Shown: positions 1-9,883, counted from the stretch's first letter. The stretch: DNA of 43,959 bases from Candidatus Sysuimicrobiota bacterium (GCA_040289515.1 PSLI01000015.1:1-43959), one strand, 5' to 3'. Program-made: numbers and translations. Notes: generated from the sequence alone by a model not told the origin.

Positions 1-94
1 GGCTCGGTCTTTCTGGCCAGGAAGGCTGGTTAAGAGCCCATGAGGACGACGGTTGGAGGACACCAGTGTCAACACCTCGTCCACACTGGACACC

Positions 95-892
95 TTAGAC
101 GAGTTCTTCCACGTGAGAAGGCGGTTTCCATCTCAGCAGCCGCCGCTCCACGAAGGTCACCACCAAGTCCACCGCCAGCACGAAGGCCGCCAGCACCACC
201 AGCCCCGCGAAAACGCCCGTGGTGTCGAACAGGGCCTCCGCCTGCTGGATCAGGTAGCCCAGGCCGCGGGCGGAACCCAGGTATTCTCCCACCACCGCCC
301 CCACCAGGGCCAGCCCCACGCTGGTGTGCAGGCTGCTGAGGATCCACACCAGGGCCGAGGGCAGTAGCACGTGCCGCACCAGATCGCCCTCCGTAGCCCC
401 CAGCATGCGGGCGTTGTTCAACACGTGCCGGTCGACCTCCTGCACTCCCTGGTACGTGTTGAAGAACACCACGAAGAACACCAGGGTCACACCGAAGGCC
501 ACCTTGGATAGGATCCCGAGCCCGAACCACAGGGTGAAGATGGGCGCCAGGACGATGCGCGGCATGGCGTTGGCCACCTTCACGTACGGGTCGAACACCC
601 GCGACAGGGCCGGCGACAGGGCGAAGGCGAAGCCCACGGCCACCCCCAGGAGGGACCCCGCCAGAAAGGCCAGCAGGGTCTCCAGGAAGGTCACGGAGAT
701 GTGCCCGTACACGTCCCCGGTGGCAAACCACCGGCCGATCCGCTCCGCCACGGCGGAAGGGCGGCTGAAAAAGAAGGGATCCAGCCACCGCAGCCGGCTG
801 GCCACCTCCCACCCGGCCACGAGAAGCGCGAACACCGCCGCCTGCACAGCCCGCAGAGCCCACCGCCCGTCAAGGGGCGAGGCCGAACGCAC
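95..892 (-). CDS. NitT/TauT (SsuC-like) ABC transporter permease
   Basis: Hydrophobic 265 aa ORF with EAA-like loop 'NNARMLGAT' and 'LVGAVVGEYLGSARGLG'; overlaps the upstream ATPase gene. Confidence 0.9.
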   Translation of the reverse strand: MRSASPLDGRWALRAVQAAVFALLVAGWEVASRLRWLDPFFFSRPSAVAERIGRWFATGDVYGHISVTFLETLLAFLAGSLLGVAVGFAFALSPALSRVFDPYVKVANAMPRIVLAPIFTLWFGLGILSKVAFGVTLVFFVVFFNTYQGVQEVDRHVLNNARMLGATEGDLVRHVLLPSALVWILSSLHTSVGLALVGAVVGEYLGSARGLGYLIQQAEALFDTTGVFAGLVVLAAFVLAVDLVVTFVERRLLRWKPPSHVEELV

Positions 893-1685
893 GCAGCACC
901 TCCCCCCGCAACAGCTCCCAGACGCGGCGGAACAGTTCCCCGAAGGCGGGATGCAGCCGGATCTCCGTCACGTCCCGGGGCCTCGGCAGCTCCACCGGGA
1001 ACTCCCCCACCGGACGGGCCGCCGGACCCGCGGACAGCACCACTACCCGGTCGCTGAGGGCGATGGCCTCCTCCAGGTCGTGGGTGACAAACAGAACTGT
1101 CTTGCGCTCCTCCTGCCAGATGCGGAGCAGGTCGTTCTCCATCAACTGCCGGGTCTGCACGTCCAGGGCGGCAAACGGCTCGTCCATGAGGAGGATCTCG
1201 GGGTTCACGATTAGGTTCTGAGCCAGGGCCACGCGCTTTCGCATGCCCCCTGAGAGCTGGTGGGGGTAACGGTTCTCGAAGCCCCGCAAGCCCACCCGCT
1301 CCAGCCACTCCCGGGCGCGGTGCCGCGCCTCCTCCCGGGGCACCCGCCGAAACACCAGGCCCAGCATCACGTTCTCCTCCGCGGTTTTCCAGGGCAGCAG
1401 CACGTCCTGCTGGAACAGGTAGCAGGCGCGCCGGTTAATGCCCTCCAGGGGTGCCCCGAACACCTCTACCTGGCCCTGATCGGGCTGCAGAAGACCCGCC
1501 ACGAGGTTCAGCAGGGTGGACTTCCCGCACCCCGTGGGACCCACGAGGGCCACGAACTCCCCTGCGCGCACCTTCAGGTCCACGCCTTCCAGGGCCACGT
1601 ACATGCCTCCATCCGGGGTGCGGAAGGACCGCCGGCATCCGCGCAGGCGCACCGCGCATGTCCCAGGAGGCGAGGCCAGCTTCAC
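870..1685 (-). CDS. NitT/TauT (SsuB/TauB-like) ABC transporter ATP-binding protein
   Basis: Walker A GPTGCGKS, signature LSGGM, Walker B LLMDEP, VTHD; GTG start at 1685 overlaps the CoA-transferase stop (GTGA). Confidence 0.9.
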   Translation of the reverse strand: MKLASPPGTCAVRLRGCRRSFRTPDGGMYVALEGVDLKVRAGEFVALVGPTGCGKSTLLNLVAGLLQPDQGQVEVFGAPLEGINRRACYLFQQDVLLPWKTAEENVMLGLVFRRVPREEARHRAREWLERVGLRGFENRYPHQLSGGMRKRVALAQNLIVNPEILLMDEPFAALDVQTRQLMENDLLRIWQEERKTVLFVTHDLEEAIALSDRVVVLSAGPAARPVGEFPVELPRPRDVTEIRLHPAFGELFRRVWELLRGEVLRAFGLAP

Positions 1686-2884
1686 ACAACTCCCCCCCTC
1701 CGCAGGGCAGCCACCTCCTGCGCGCTGAGGCCTGCGAGCTCCTGCAGCACCTCCTCGGTGTGCTGTCCGAGCTCCGGCGCCGGCCCGGGCGAGGGCAAGG
1801 GCGTGGCCTCTAGCCGCGGGGTGGGCGCCTGCATGGTGACCGGACCCAGCGCGGGGTCCTCCACGGCCACCAGCGATCCGCGTGCGCGGAAGTGCGGGTC
1901 CTGGAGGACGTCCGCGGCGTGGTAGACGGGCCCGCAGGGTACCTCGTACCGGTCCAGCAGCTGCAAAAGCTCCACGGCGGGCAGGGACCGCACCCACGCC
2001 GCGATAGCCCGATCCAGCTCCTCCTGGTGCGCCCCGCGGGCCTCGTGGGTGGCATAACGCGGGTCCTCCTTCCACTCCGGCCTGCCCATGGCGTCGCACA
2101 GCCTGCGGAAAACCCCGTCCGCGTTGGCTGCCACCACCACCCACCGGCCGTCCGCGGTCTGGTACAGGTTGCTGGGTGCCACCCCGGGCAAGAGGGAGCC
2201 GCTTCGCTGCCGCACCGCGCCGGTGACGCTGCACTCCGCGATCACGCTCTCCAGCACCGCCAGCACGGCATCCGTGATGGCCACGTCCACCACCTGGCCC
2301 CTGCCACCCCGCACCTCCCGCTCCCGCAGGGCCAGCAGCGCTCCCACGGCGCCGAACAGGCCTGCCAGGGTGTCACCGATGCTCACACCGAAGCGCGGGG
2401 GCGGTCGGTCCGGGAACCCCACCAGGTAGCGCAGGCCTCCCATGGCCTCCGCCACCGACCCGAAGCCCGCGCGATCCCTGTAGGGCCCGGTCTGGCCGAA
2501 GGCGGAGATGCGCACCATCACCAGCTTCGGGTTGCGCTCCAAGAGGACCTCCGGACCCAGGCCCCAGGCCTCCAGGGTGCCGGGCCGGAAGTTCTCCACC
2601 AGGATGTCGCAGCGCTGCACCAGCCGCCGCACCACCTCCTGACCCTCTGGGTGCCGCAGGTCTACCGTCACGCTTTTCTTCCCGCGGGCGATGACGGTCC
2701 ACCACAGGGAGCGTCCCTGGTGCAGCACCACGCCCCACCGCCGCATGGGATCCCCGGTGCCCGGCGGCTCCACCTTGATGACTTCCGCACCGTAGTCCGC
2801 GAGCAGCTGCCCACAGTACGGCCCCGCGATGAAGCTGCCCAGCTCCAGGACCCGGATCCCTTGTAGGGGTGCGCGGGATGCCAT
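1682..2884 (-). CDS. CaiB/BaiF family (class III) CoA-transferase
   Basis: 'PLQGIRVLELGSFIAGPYCGQLLADYGAEVIKVEPP', 'DILVENFRPG', C-terminal 'PELGQHT'. Confidence 0.92.
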   Translation of the reverse strand: MASRAPLQGIRVLELGSFIAGPYCGQLLADYGAEVIKVEPPGTGDPMRRWGVVLHQGRSLWWTVIARGKKSVTVDLRHPEGQEVVRRLVQRCDILVENFRPGTLEAWGLGPEVLLERNPKLVMVRISAFGQTGPYRDRAGFGSVAEAMGGLRYLVGFPDRPPPRFGVSIGDTLAGLFGAVGALLALREREVRGGRGQVVDVAITDAVLAVLESVIAECSVTGAVRQRSGSLLPGVAPSNLYQTADGRWVVVAANADGVFRRLCDAMGRPEWKEDPRYATHEARGAHQEELDRAIAAWVRSLPAVELLQLLDRYEVPCGPVYHAADVLQDPHFRARGSLVAVEDPALGPVTMQAPTPRLEATPLPSPGPAPELGQHTEEVLQELAGLSAQEVAALRRGGVV

Positions 2885-2912
2885 GGTACGTCCGACCGGA
2901 TGGATTCGCAGC

Positions 2913-3716
2913 CTACGGGGCGGATCCTGCAACGCTCGGTCGGGCCGCGGTGGAGCCCCCGTCTACCGCCCGCACCTGTCCGGTGATGTAGCGGGAAGCT
3001 TCTGAGGCCAAGAACACCACCACACCCTTCAGGTCCCCCTCCTGGCCCGGGCGGCCCATGGGTACCCGCGCCACCACCCGGTCCTGCACCCGCTGCAGCA
3101 GCTTCTCGCTCATGCGGGTGGGGAAGAAGCCTGGCGCCACTGCGTTCACCGTGATGCCGAAGGGTGCCAGCTTCACCGCCAGGTCCCGGGTCAAGGCCAC
3201 CACCCCTCCCTTGCTGGCCGCGTAGCCCACCGCGTCCAGGATCTCCGCGGGCAAGCTCACCAGCCCCGCCACGGAGGCCACGTTGACGATGCGCCCCCAG
3301 CCCGCGGCCCTCATCACGGGGATGGCGGCTTGCGTTACCAAGAACGTCCCCGTGAGGTTCACCTGCAGCACCTGGTGCCACCGCTGCAGGGGCATCTCTT
3401 CCAACGCGGCGCCCCAGCTCACCCCGGCGTTGTTCACGAGCACGTCCAGACGGCCGAAGCGGTTCACCGTAAAGGCCCCCAGGCTGCGTGCCTGCTCCGG
3501 CTTGGAGACGTCGCACACCTGCGCGGCCACCTCGATGCCGCGGCCCCGCAGATACTCCTGGGCAGGCTCCAACCACTCCGCCCTCCGCGCCGCCACCACC
3601 ACCTTTGCGCCCGCCTCCCCCAGCCCCTCCGCCATCTCCCGGCCGAGGCCCCGGGAGCCACCTGTGATCACCGCCACCCGGCCCGACAGGTCAAACAGCT
3701 CCCGCACGTGGGGCAT
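2913..3716 (-). CDS. Classical SDR oxidoreductase (gluconate 5-dehydrogenase-like)
   Basis: Starts 'MPHVRELFDLSGRVAVITGGSRGLG'; NNAG; catalytic YAASK; ATG at 3716 inside the long track ORF. Confidence 0.88.
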   Translation of the reverse strand: MPHVRELFDLSGRVAVITGGSRGLGREMAEGLGEAGAKVVVAARRAEWLEPAQEYLRGRGIEVAAQVCDVSKPEQARSLGAFTVNRFGRLDVLVNNAGVSWGAALEEMPLQRWHQVLQVNLTGTFLVTQAAIPVMRAAGWGRIVNVASVAGLVSLPAEILDAVGYAASKGGVVALTRDLAVKLAPFGITVNAVAPGFFPTRMSEKLLQRVQDRVVARVPMGRPGQEGDLKGVVVFLASEASRYITGQVRAVDGGSTAARPSVAGSAP

Positions 3717-3719
3717 CCC

Positions 3720-4570
3720 GCACCTCCAGGCCTGCGGCGCGCGGCCAAACCCTTCACCCGCTCCAGGTCGTAGTCCATGAGCACGGTGAGCTTCTGGGCT
3801 TCCCAGGGAGCCTTCCGCGTGGATGGCCAGCACCTCCAGGTACCCGCCCAGGTCGGAGGCCGCCAGGTCCCGAATGAGGTTCATCATTTGCAGCCGGGCT
3901 TCCCCCGACACCCCCGCCCGCCCCTGCAGATACGGCTCCACCAGCCGCCACAGCTCCGGGTTGCTACGGTCCTCTTCCGACGGCCCGGTAACCACCAGCC
4001 CTCCAGCGATGTCCTGCAGGTCCCGCACCACGTCGTGGTACCCGCGGGCGAAGTAGTACTTCGCCGCGTTGGTGAGCACCACGTGGGGCACGAAGATCTC
4101 CTCCTTCCAGTGGCCTTCCACCGCCGCAGCGGTGGTGAGGCCGCGCACCGTCTCCGCGTACATCACCATGCGGGCCAGCTTGTCCCCCACGTGTCCGGCA
4201 CCCGCGAGCCCCTGCGCCTCCGCCATCCACGCAGCCGCCCCCACCAGCAGCTCCAGCAGGGGCGTCTTGTACGACATGGCCGTGTACCGGTCGAACTCCA
4301 CGAAGGTCTCGACCAGCGGCCCGGCGTACGCCCACTGCCCGCACAGGAACACGCGCTCCCAACGGCACGAACACGTCGTCGAAGACCGTGAGGGACTCCG
4401 TGATGGCGTACCGGCTACTGAGGGGGTTGTCGAAGGCGCTGGTGGCGCTGAACCCCCGCGGGCTCGGCACGAGGGTCAGCCCCGGGGTGTCCGCGGGCAC
4501 CGCGAAGGCTACCGCCTACGCCGCGTCCGCCTGCGTCATGGCCCGGGTGGGCAGCACCAGGATCTCGTTG
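3720..4570 (-). pseudogene. HpaB / 4-hydroxybutyryl-CoA dehydratase family, 3' half only, disrupted
   Basis: Reconstructed 'NEILVLPTRAM...A*AVAFAVPADTPGL...FDDVFVP/WERVFLCG...LQDIAGGLVVTGPS...HAEGSL/EAQK'; TAG at 4516-4518, single-base insertions near 4362 and 3805; 5' half missing. Confidence 0.8.
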
Positions 4571-4692
4571 TATGGAGCAGCCTCCCTTCGTGTGGTGTAG
4601 CTTTCTCGCTTGCTACCATTCACCGCACCCGCCCCGGCCGCCTCTAGGGGGGTGAACTATTTCAAAGACCTGCTTACAGGAAAAGAGGATCA

Positions 4693-5578
4693 TACGACGT
4701 ATCCTACCCTTCAAAACAAGAAACCAACCCCGGTAGGGGAGACGGGGAGCACCGGCTATGACCCTCGAGTCCAGTGCACACGCATCCCGCCTGCGGGTGA
4801 TCGCCCGGGCACAGGCCTTGCGCAACGCGAGCCAGGCCTGCGGGGAGTTCGGGATCTCCCGCACCCTGTTCTACCGATGGCCGCGCCGCGGACGGCCTCC
4901 CACCCTGAGCGTGGAGGCCGAGCGGGCCATCTTGAGCTTGGCCTACCCGGGGGCCAGCCCGCTTGAGCATGCAGCTGGCCCGGCCCGAGTACGGGGGCTG
5001 GTAGGTGAGCCCCAGCACGGTGTACCGCGCGTTGCGCCGGGCCGGGCTGGCCACCCGCCGGGGACGCCTCGGTGTCCTGGAGCTCCACAGCGCCGGTCGG
5101 CCCGCCTGCTGACCGAGCGGACGCGTCGAGCCCTGGGCAAGCTCAAGGGGGTCGGCAAGGGGTACCAGTACACCGCCTGTGACGTGGCCAGCGCGTATGC
5201 CATCGCCCAGGTCAGCACCGAGTTCTCGGCGGCTGCCGCGCGCTTCCTGACCACCCGGGTGCTCCCCGCCTACCAGGCCGCCGGCTGGCCTGTGCACCAC
5301 GTGCGCACCGACTGGGGCAGCGAGTACCGCCGGCCCTGCAGGGCACCATCCTGCACGAGCTGTGGCGCGTGGAGTTCCACCGGCGCTTCTTCACCCCGCT
5401 GCTCCGGCTGCAGGCAGCCCTGCATCGCTCCCTGGAGTTTTACAACACCGCCGGCCGCACCTCGGCTACCGCACCCGCGGCCGAACACCCGCCGATCTGT
5501 TCTGGGAAGCTGTAGGGAGGCGTTACGATGACCCGGCTAATCATGCTACAGGTGTATACACCCTTACGATACAGGAGA
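4693..5578 (+). mobile_element. Degenerate IS481-family insertion sequence (frameshifted transposase from ATG 4758)
   Basis: HTH 'QACGEFGISRTLFYRW', rve-like 'YQYTACDVAS...VRTDWGSEY', C-terminal 'RRPHLGYRTRGRTPA' in shifted frames; right end defined by the second copy at 11130; left end only approximate. Confidence 0.75.
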
Positions 5579-5599
5579 ACCTAGCTTTCGCATTTCGCA

Positions 5600-5887
5600 C
5601 CCTGGGTACCGGGGGTAGAGGGTCAGATCCGCCCCTTGAGGCGGTTTGGCCCGGTACCACGGGTAGACGGTGTAGGTGCCGGTGAGCACCGTGAGCCAGG
5701 CGACCACGGTCATAATCCAGGTGCCGGCCATGAGCCGGCGAAGGCGCTCCCGGATCCCCTCACTGGTCACCAGCTCGGCCCGGAAACTCCACAGGCCGGC
5801 GAGCCCTCCAACGAAAGCCAGGAGGAACACAGCACCCAGCCCCATCCCATGGATGAGGCCCCACCACTCCCGAGGGGTCAGCGACAG
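5600..5887 (-). pseudogene. Truncated membrane protein of unknown function
   Basis: GGAGG RBS followed by a CTG codon; two TM helices, then 'VYPWYRAKPP...YPRY'; frame runs into the IS481 right end. Confidence 0.5.
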
Positions 5888-6366
5888 GGGTCTTGCCTCC
5901 TCCCGAAGCTCCGCGTTCCTCCGGAGACGGCGTCGCAAGCCCGCTCCGGCGGGTCGCGGGTCTGCCACGCGGCCCCCACGTTCTCCAGAGTGAGCCGTTC
6001 CAGCTGAGCAACCAGCGCACCGCGCACCTGCGCCCAAGCCCCGTGCAGCAAGCACGGCCGTTCGTCCGAGCAGCGGGTGTCCCAGAACACGCAACGGCGG
6101 AAGGCGTCTGTACCCTCCGCCGCCTCCAGGATCTCCCGCGCCGGGCTCGGTCGGCCCGGCCGCGCCAGCCCGTAGCCTCGGTGCCTGCCCCGGCACGAAG
6201 GCAGCAGCCCGCTGCGGGCCAGTTTGCGCAGGGTCGTGCTCAAAAACGGCGCCGGGAGCCCGCAAGCCTCCGCCACCTGGCCGGCGGATCGGACCTCCCC
6301 CAGGGGAACCGAGGCCAGATAGCTAAGCGCCCGCAGGGCGTATTCCGCGTCCCGGGTGAGCCGCAT
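5878..6366 (-). CDS. Rrf2 family transcriptional regulator, probably Fe-S binding
   Basis: 'MRLTRDAEYALRAL', wHTH 'RGRHRGYGLAR', C-x6-C-x5-C-x2-H (CVFWDTRCSDERPCLLH). Confidence 0.88.
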   Translation of the reverse strand: MRLTRDAEYALRALSYLASVPLGEVRSAGQVAEACGLPAPFLSTTLRKLARSGLLPSCRGRHRGYGLARPGRPSPAREILEAAEGTDAFRRCVFWDTRCSDERPCLLHGAWAQVRGALVAQLERLTLENVGAAWQTRDPPERACDAVSGGTRSFGRRQDPCR

Positions 6367-6562
6367 ATCCCCTCCCGGATCCGTTGAATCCGCCAATACC
6401 CTAAATTACCCCTCTTGGGCGGCCCATCGGGCGCGCACCGGATTTTCTACGGGTACGCCTCCGGTCCGGAATGGATGCGTCCCTGGGGGCGGATCGAACT
6501 CTCCCCCGATGGCCTGCGAACGGAACCCTCCCTACCCTGGAGCTGAAAGGGGGTCGGTGACC

Positions 6563-7033
6563 GTGGGAGCCATCGAACGGATCCTGGCGCCCGTGGACTT
6601 GGGCGAGACCACGGAGCCCACCGTGGCCATCGCCGCGGAGGTGGCGCGGGCGCATGGGGCGGAACTCATCTTCCTCCACGTGTACGACGTGGCGGGGTTC
6701 GAGGAGCTGCAGCGGGAGGCCCCCAGCCTGTTCCTGGACCAGGTGCTGGAGAACCTGCGGATGCAGATCCGCAGCCGCCTGGCCGACCTGGAGCTCCCCT
6801 CCCGCTTCCGGGTCGAGGTGGTCCCGGACGGTTTTGTGGCACACGCCATCCTGGACGCCGCGGAGCGGTTCGGCGCGGATCTCATCGTGATGGGCACGCA
6901 CGGCCGCACGGGCCTGCAGCGGGTGTTGCTGGGGAGCGTGGCGGAGGCGGTGCTGCGGCGGTCAAGGGTCCCCGTCATGGTGGTCCCTGCCCGGGCCACA
7001 GAGCGTGCGCGACCGGAGACGAAGGTCGGCTAG
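6563..7033 (+). CDS. Universal stress protein (UspA family)
   Basis: 'RILAPVD', 'DLIVMGTHGRTGLQRVLLGSVAEAVLR'; purine-rich RBS at about 6546-6553. Confidence 0.92.
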   Translation: MGAIERILAPVDLGETTEPTVAIAAEVARAHGAELIFLHVYDVAGFEELQREAPSLFLDQVLENLRMQIRSRLADLELPSRFRVEVVPDGFVAHAILDAAERFGADLIVMGTHGRTGLQRVLLGSVAEAVLRRSRVPVMVVPARATERARPETKVG

Positions 7034-7103
7034 CGCCGCAACCACTTTCGAGGGAATGCCATGGAGCGGCGGCCGGAAGGCCGACGCGTCAGGAGGTGGG
7101 ACG

Positions 7104-7823
7104 ATGGCTAGTGCGGTGCGGATCCGCCTGACGGCCAGGGACGTGATGAGCTCGCCCGCGGTGACGGTGAGCCCGGACACACCGGTGAAGGAGATCGCGC
7201 GGCTCTTCCTGCAGCGTCGCATCAGCGGGGTGCCCGTGGTCTCCCTGGACGGTGAGCTGGTGGGGATCGTGACGGAGGCGGACCTCCTTTACAAGGAACG
7301 CCCCCCACTGGAGAAAGGAGGGCTGCTGGCCCTCTTTCGCCGCGGCCAGGTGGCCGAGGTGGAGCGCAAGGCGGAGGGCCTGGTGGCACGGGACGTGATG
7401 AGCTTCCCCGTGGTTACAGTACAGGAGGCCACCCCCCTCCGGGAGGTGGCGGCGCTCATGGCCCGGCGCCAGATCAACCGGGTGCCGGTGGTGCGGGAGG
7501 GTCGGGTGGTGGGCATCGTGAGCCGGGCGGACGTGCTGCGGGCCCTGGTGCGCCCGGACGAGGAGCTAAGGGAGGCGGTCCGACGCGCCCTGCTGGAGGA
7601 GCTGTGGGTTGACCCTTCGGGGCTACGCATCGACGTGAGGGAGGGCGTGGTGTACCTGGAGGGCGAGGTGGACCGACGCTCGGACAAGGCGTTGGCCGAG
7701 CGGTGGGTCGGCACTGTGGACGGGGTGGTGAGGGTGGAAAGCCACCTCACGTACCGGTTCGACGACCCCCAGGCACGCATGAATACCTGGCCGGGAGATC
7801 CCTGGCGCAACGTCCCGCGGTAG
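7104..7823 (+). CDS. CBS-pair plus BON domain protein
   Basis: Two CBS motifs ('ISGVPVV...VGIVTEADLL', 'VPVV...VGIVSRADVL'), then BON-like 'IDVREGVVYLEGEV'; AGGAGG RBS. Confidence 0.88.
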   Translation: MASAVRIRLTARDVMSSPAVTVSPDTPVKEIARLFLQRRISGVPVVSLDGELVGIVTEADLLYKERPPLEKGGLLALFRRGQVAEVERKAEGLVARDVMSFPVVTVQEATPLREVAALMARRQINRVPVVREGRVVGIVSRADVLRALVRPDEELREAVRRALLEELWVDPSGLRIDVREGVVYLEGEVDRRSDKALAERWVGTVDGVVRVESHLTYRFDDPQARMNTWPGDPWRNVPR

Positions 7824-7908
7824 ACCTGCGGGCAGCTCGGAGTCCTTGGCTCCTTCCGCTACGATAGAAGGGGTTTGGTGGCCCAGACCGGCGAGGAGGC
7901 GGACCCCG

Positions 7909-9075
7909 GTGCAGCTGGCCCGGCAGGCGGCCATCTTCCGCAGCATCTCGGAGGTCCTGAACCGTTCGTACACCCTCCGGGAGGCTCTGGATGGGGCTTT
8001 GCGCCGCATCTGCGAGCTTCTGGAGGTGGAGGCGGGGTGGATCTTCCTCCACGGTCCCAACCCAGGCGAGTTCCACCTGGCCGCGGACGTTAACCTTCCT
8101 ACACCCCTGGCGGCCGCTGGCAAGCGCCGGATGGCGGGGGACTGCCGCTGCATCACCATGCTCCGGGAGGGAACCCTCCGGGAGCCCGTGAACGTAATCC
8201 AGTGCCTGCGCCTGGAGCAGGCCCTCCCGCAGCTGGCCGAGCGGCACCGCCACGCTGCGGTCCCCCTGGTGGCCCAGGACGAAACCGTGGGGATCCTCAA
8301 CCTCATGCTTCCCCCGGGCCGCACCTTCAGCAACGAGGAGCTCGACATGCTGGAGGCGGTGGGCCACGAGCTGGCGGTCACCATCCAGCGGGCGCGGCTG
8401 TTCGAGCGGGTCCGGGAGCAGGAGCACGTGCGGGGCCAGCTCCTGCAGCGCCTCCTGGTGGCGCAGGAGGAGGAACGGCGCCGCATCGCACGGGACCTGC
8501 ACGACCACGCGGGGCAGATGATGACCGCCCTCATCATCCAGCTGGCGCAAGTGGCGGCCCAGGCGGAATCACACGCCAACCCCCTGGCACCGCAGCTGCG
8601 CCGCCTGCACGACCTCGCCCAGCAGGGCCTGGACGAGCTGCGCAAGCTGGTGCACGAGCTGCGGCCCTCCATCCTGGACGACCTCGGGCTGGCGCCCGCG
8701 GTGCGGTGGTACGCGGAGGCCTACCTGCGGCCTGCGGGGGTGGAGGTGCACGTGGACATGGATCGGTTGGAGGGGCGCCTGCCCACCGACGTGGAGACCG
8801 TGGCCTTCCGCATCGTCCAGGAAGCCCTCACCAACGTGCTCCGCCACGCCCACGCCAAGCGGGTGGACGTGCGGCTGGCCCGGCGGGGCGACACCCTGCT
8901 GGTCATGGTGCGGGACGACGGGGTAGGGTTCGACCCGCAGGAGGCGGACCGCAGGACGCTGGGGCTGGCGGGTATGCGAGAGCGGGCGGAGCTGGTGGGC
9001 GGGACAGTGCAGGTGCTTTCGGTGCCCGGAGTGGGGACCACGGTCCTCGCCCGGCTCCCGGTGGACGCCTTCTAG
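7909..9075 (+). CDS. GAF-domain sensor histidine kinase (HisKA_3, NarX/UhpB-type transmitter)
   Basis: 'EERRRIARDLHDHAGQ', 'FRIVQEALTNVLRHA', 'DDGVGF', 'LGLAGMRERAE'; GAF carries CRC and NVIQCLRL; start uncertain (7846-7909). Confidence 0.9.
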   Translation: MQLARQAAIFRSISEVLNRSYTLREALDGALRRICELLEVEAGWIFLHGPNPGEFHLAADVNLPTPLAAAGKRRMAGDCRCITMLREGTLREPVNVIQCLRLEQALPQLAERHRHAAVPLVAQDETVGILNLMLPPGRTFSNEELDMLEAVGHELAVTIQRARLFERVREQEHVRGQLLQRLLVAQEEERRRIARDLHDHAGQMMTALIIQLAQVAAQAESHANPLAPQLRRLHDLAQQGLDELRKLVHELRPSILDDLGLAPAVRWYAEAYLRPAGVEVHVDMDRLEGRLPTDVETVAFRIVQEALTNVLRHAHAKRVDVRLARRGDTLLVMVRDDGVGFDPQEADRRTLGLAGMRERAELVGGTVQVLSVPGVGTTVLARLPVDAF

Positions 9076-9220
9076 GACCACCCAAGCGGTCTCGGATGCA
9101 GGCCCGATGTCGAAAATCGGTGGACCGCCCGATGCCCGGCACAACCCCAGTTCCCATACCATGTTCGTACGGGGTGCGCGGCCAGGGGAACCGGAACTCC
9201 GCGCTCATCCCTACCTGACC

Positions 9221-9883
9221 ATGCTCGTGCGCGACGCGATGACCGCCAACCCGACCACCATCGCGCCCACCGCGTCGTTGGGGGAGGCGCTGGAGCAGAT
9301 GCAGGCCCTGCGGATCCGGCACCTTCCCGTCCTCCGGGGCAACCGGCTGGTGGGGCTGGTGACGTGGACCGACCTCATGCGGGCTTCCCTTTCCCCCGCG
9401 GCGAAGGACGGGGCCCCCCGGCGCGTGGAGCTCCCCGAGCAGCTGAGGGTCTCCGACATCATGATCCGGGACCTCCACACCACCACCCCTGAGGCTCGTG
9501 TGGAGGAAGCCGCCGCCCTGCTCCGCAAGCACAAGATCGGCTGCCTGCTGGTGGTGGAGCGCGACCAGTTGGTGGGCATCGTCACCGAGAGCGACCTGTT
9601 CGACGCCCTGGTGTACCTGCGGGGCGGGGACCTGGAGGGGGTGCGGCTGTCGTTGGTCCTGCCGGGCGGCCTGCAGGATCTCGGCCGCCTGGTCCAGGCC
9701 CTGCAGGCCCTCCAACCCGAGCGGTGGGGGCTTGCGCTGTCGGTACGGCTAGATGGGGTGGTGAAGCGGGCAGACCTGTGCGTCACGGACGTGCCACCTT
9801 TGGTGTTGGCGGAGTACTTGGGGGCCGCGGGCCTACAGCCCTTCCACCTACGGTTCCCCACGCCCGCGGAGCGCCGGCCGTAG
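9221..9883 (+). CDS. CBS-domain protein (AcuB-like, with C-terminal ACT-like region)
   Basis: 'MLVRDAMTANP', 'IRHLPV', 'KIGCLLVV...VGIVTESDLF'. Confidence 0.82.
   Translation: MLVRDAMTANPTTIAPTASLGEALEQMQALRIRHLPVLRGNRLVGLVTWTDLMRASLSPAAKDGAPRRVELPEQLRVSDIMIRDLHTTTPEARVEEAAALLRKHKIGCLLVVERDQLVGIVTESDLFDALVYLRGGDLEGVRLSLVLPGGLQDLGRLVQALQALQPERWGLALSVRLDGVVKRADLCVTDVPPLVLAEYLGAAGLQPFHLRFPTPAERRP

Noticed and set aside
2913..4352. 479 aa HpaB-SDR fusion protein
   Set aside because: The fusion results from a frameshift near 3805; the SDR has its own ATG at 3716
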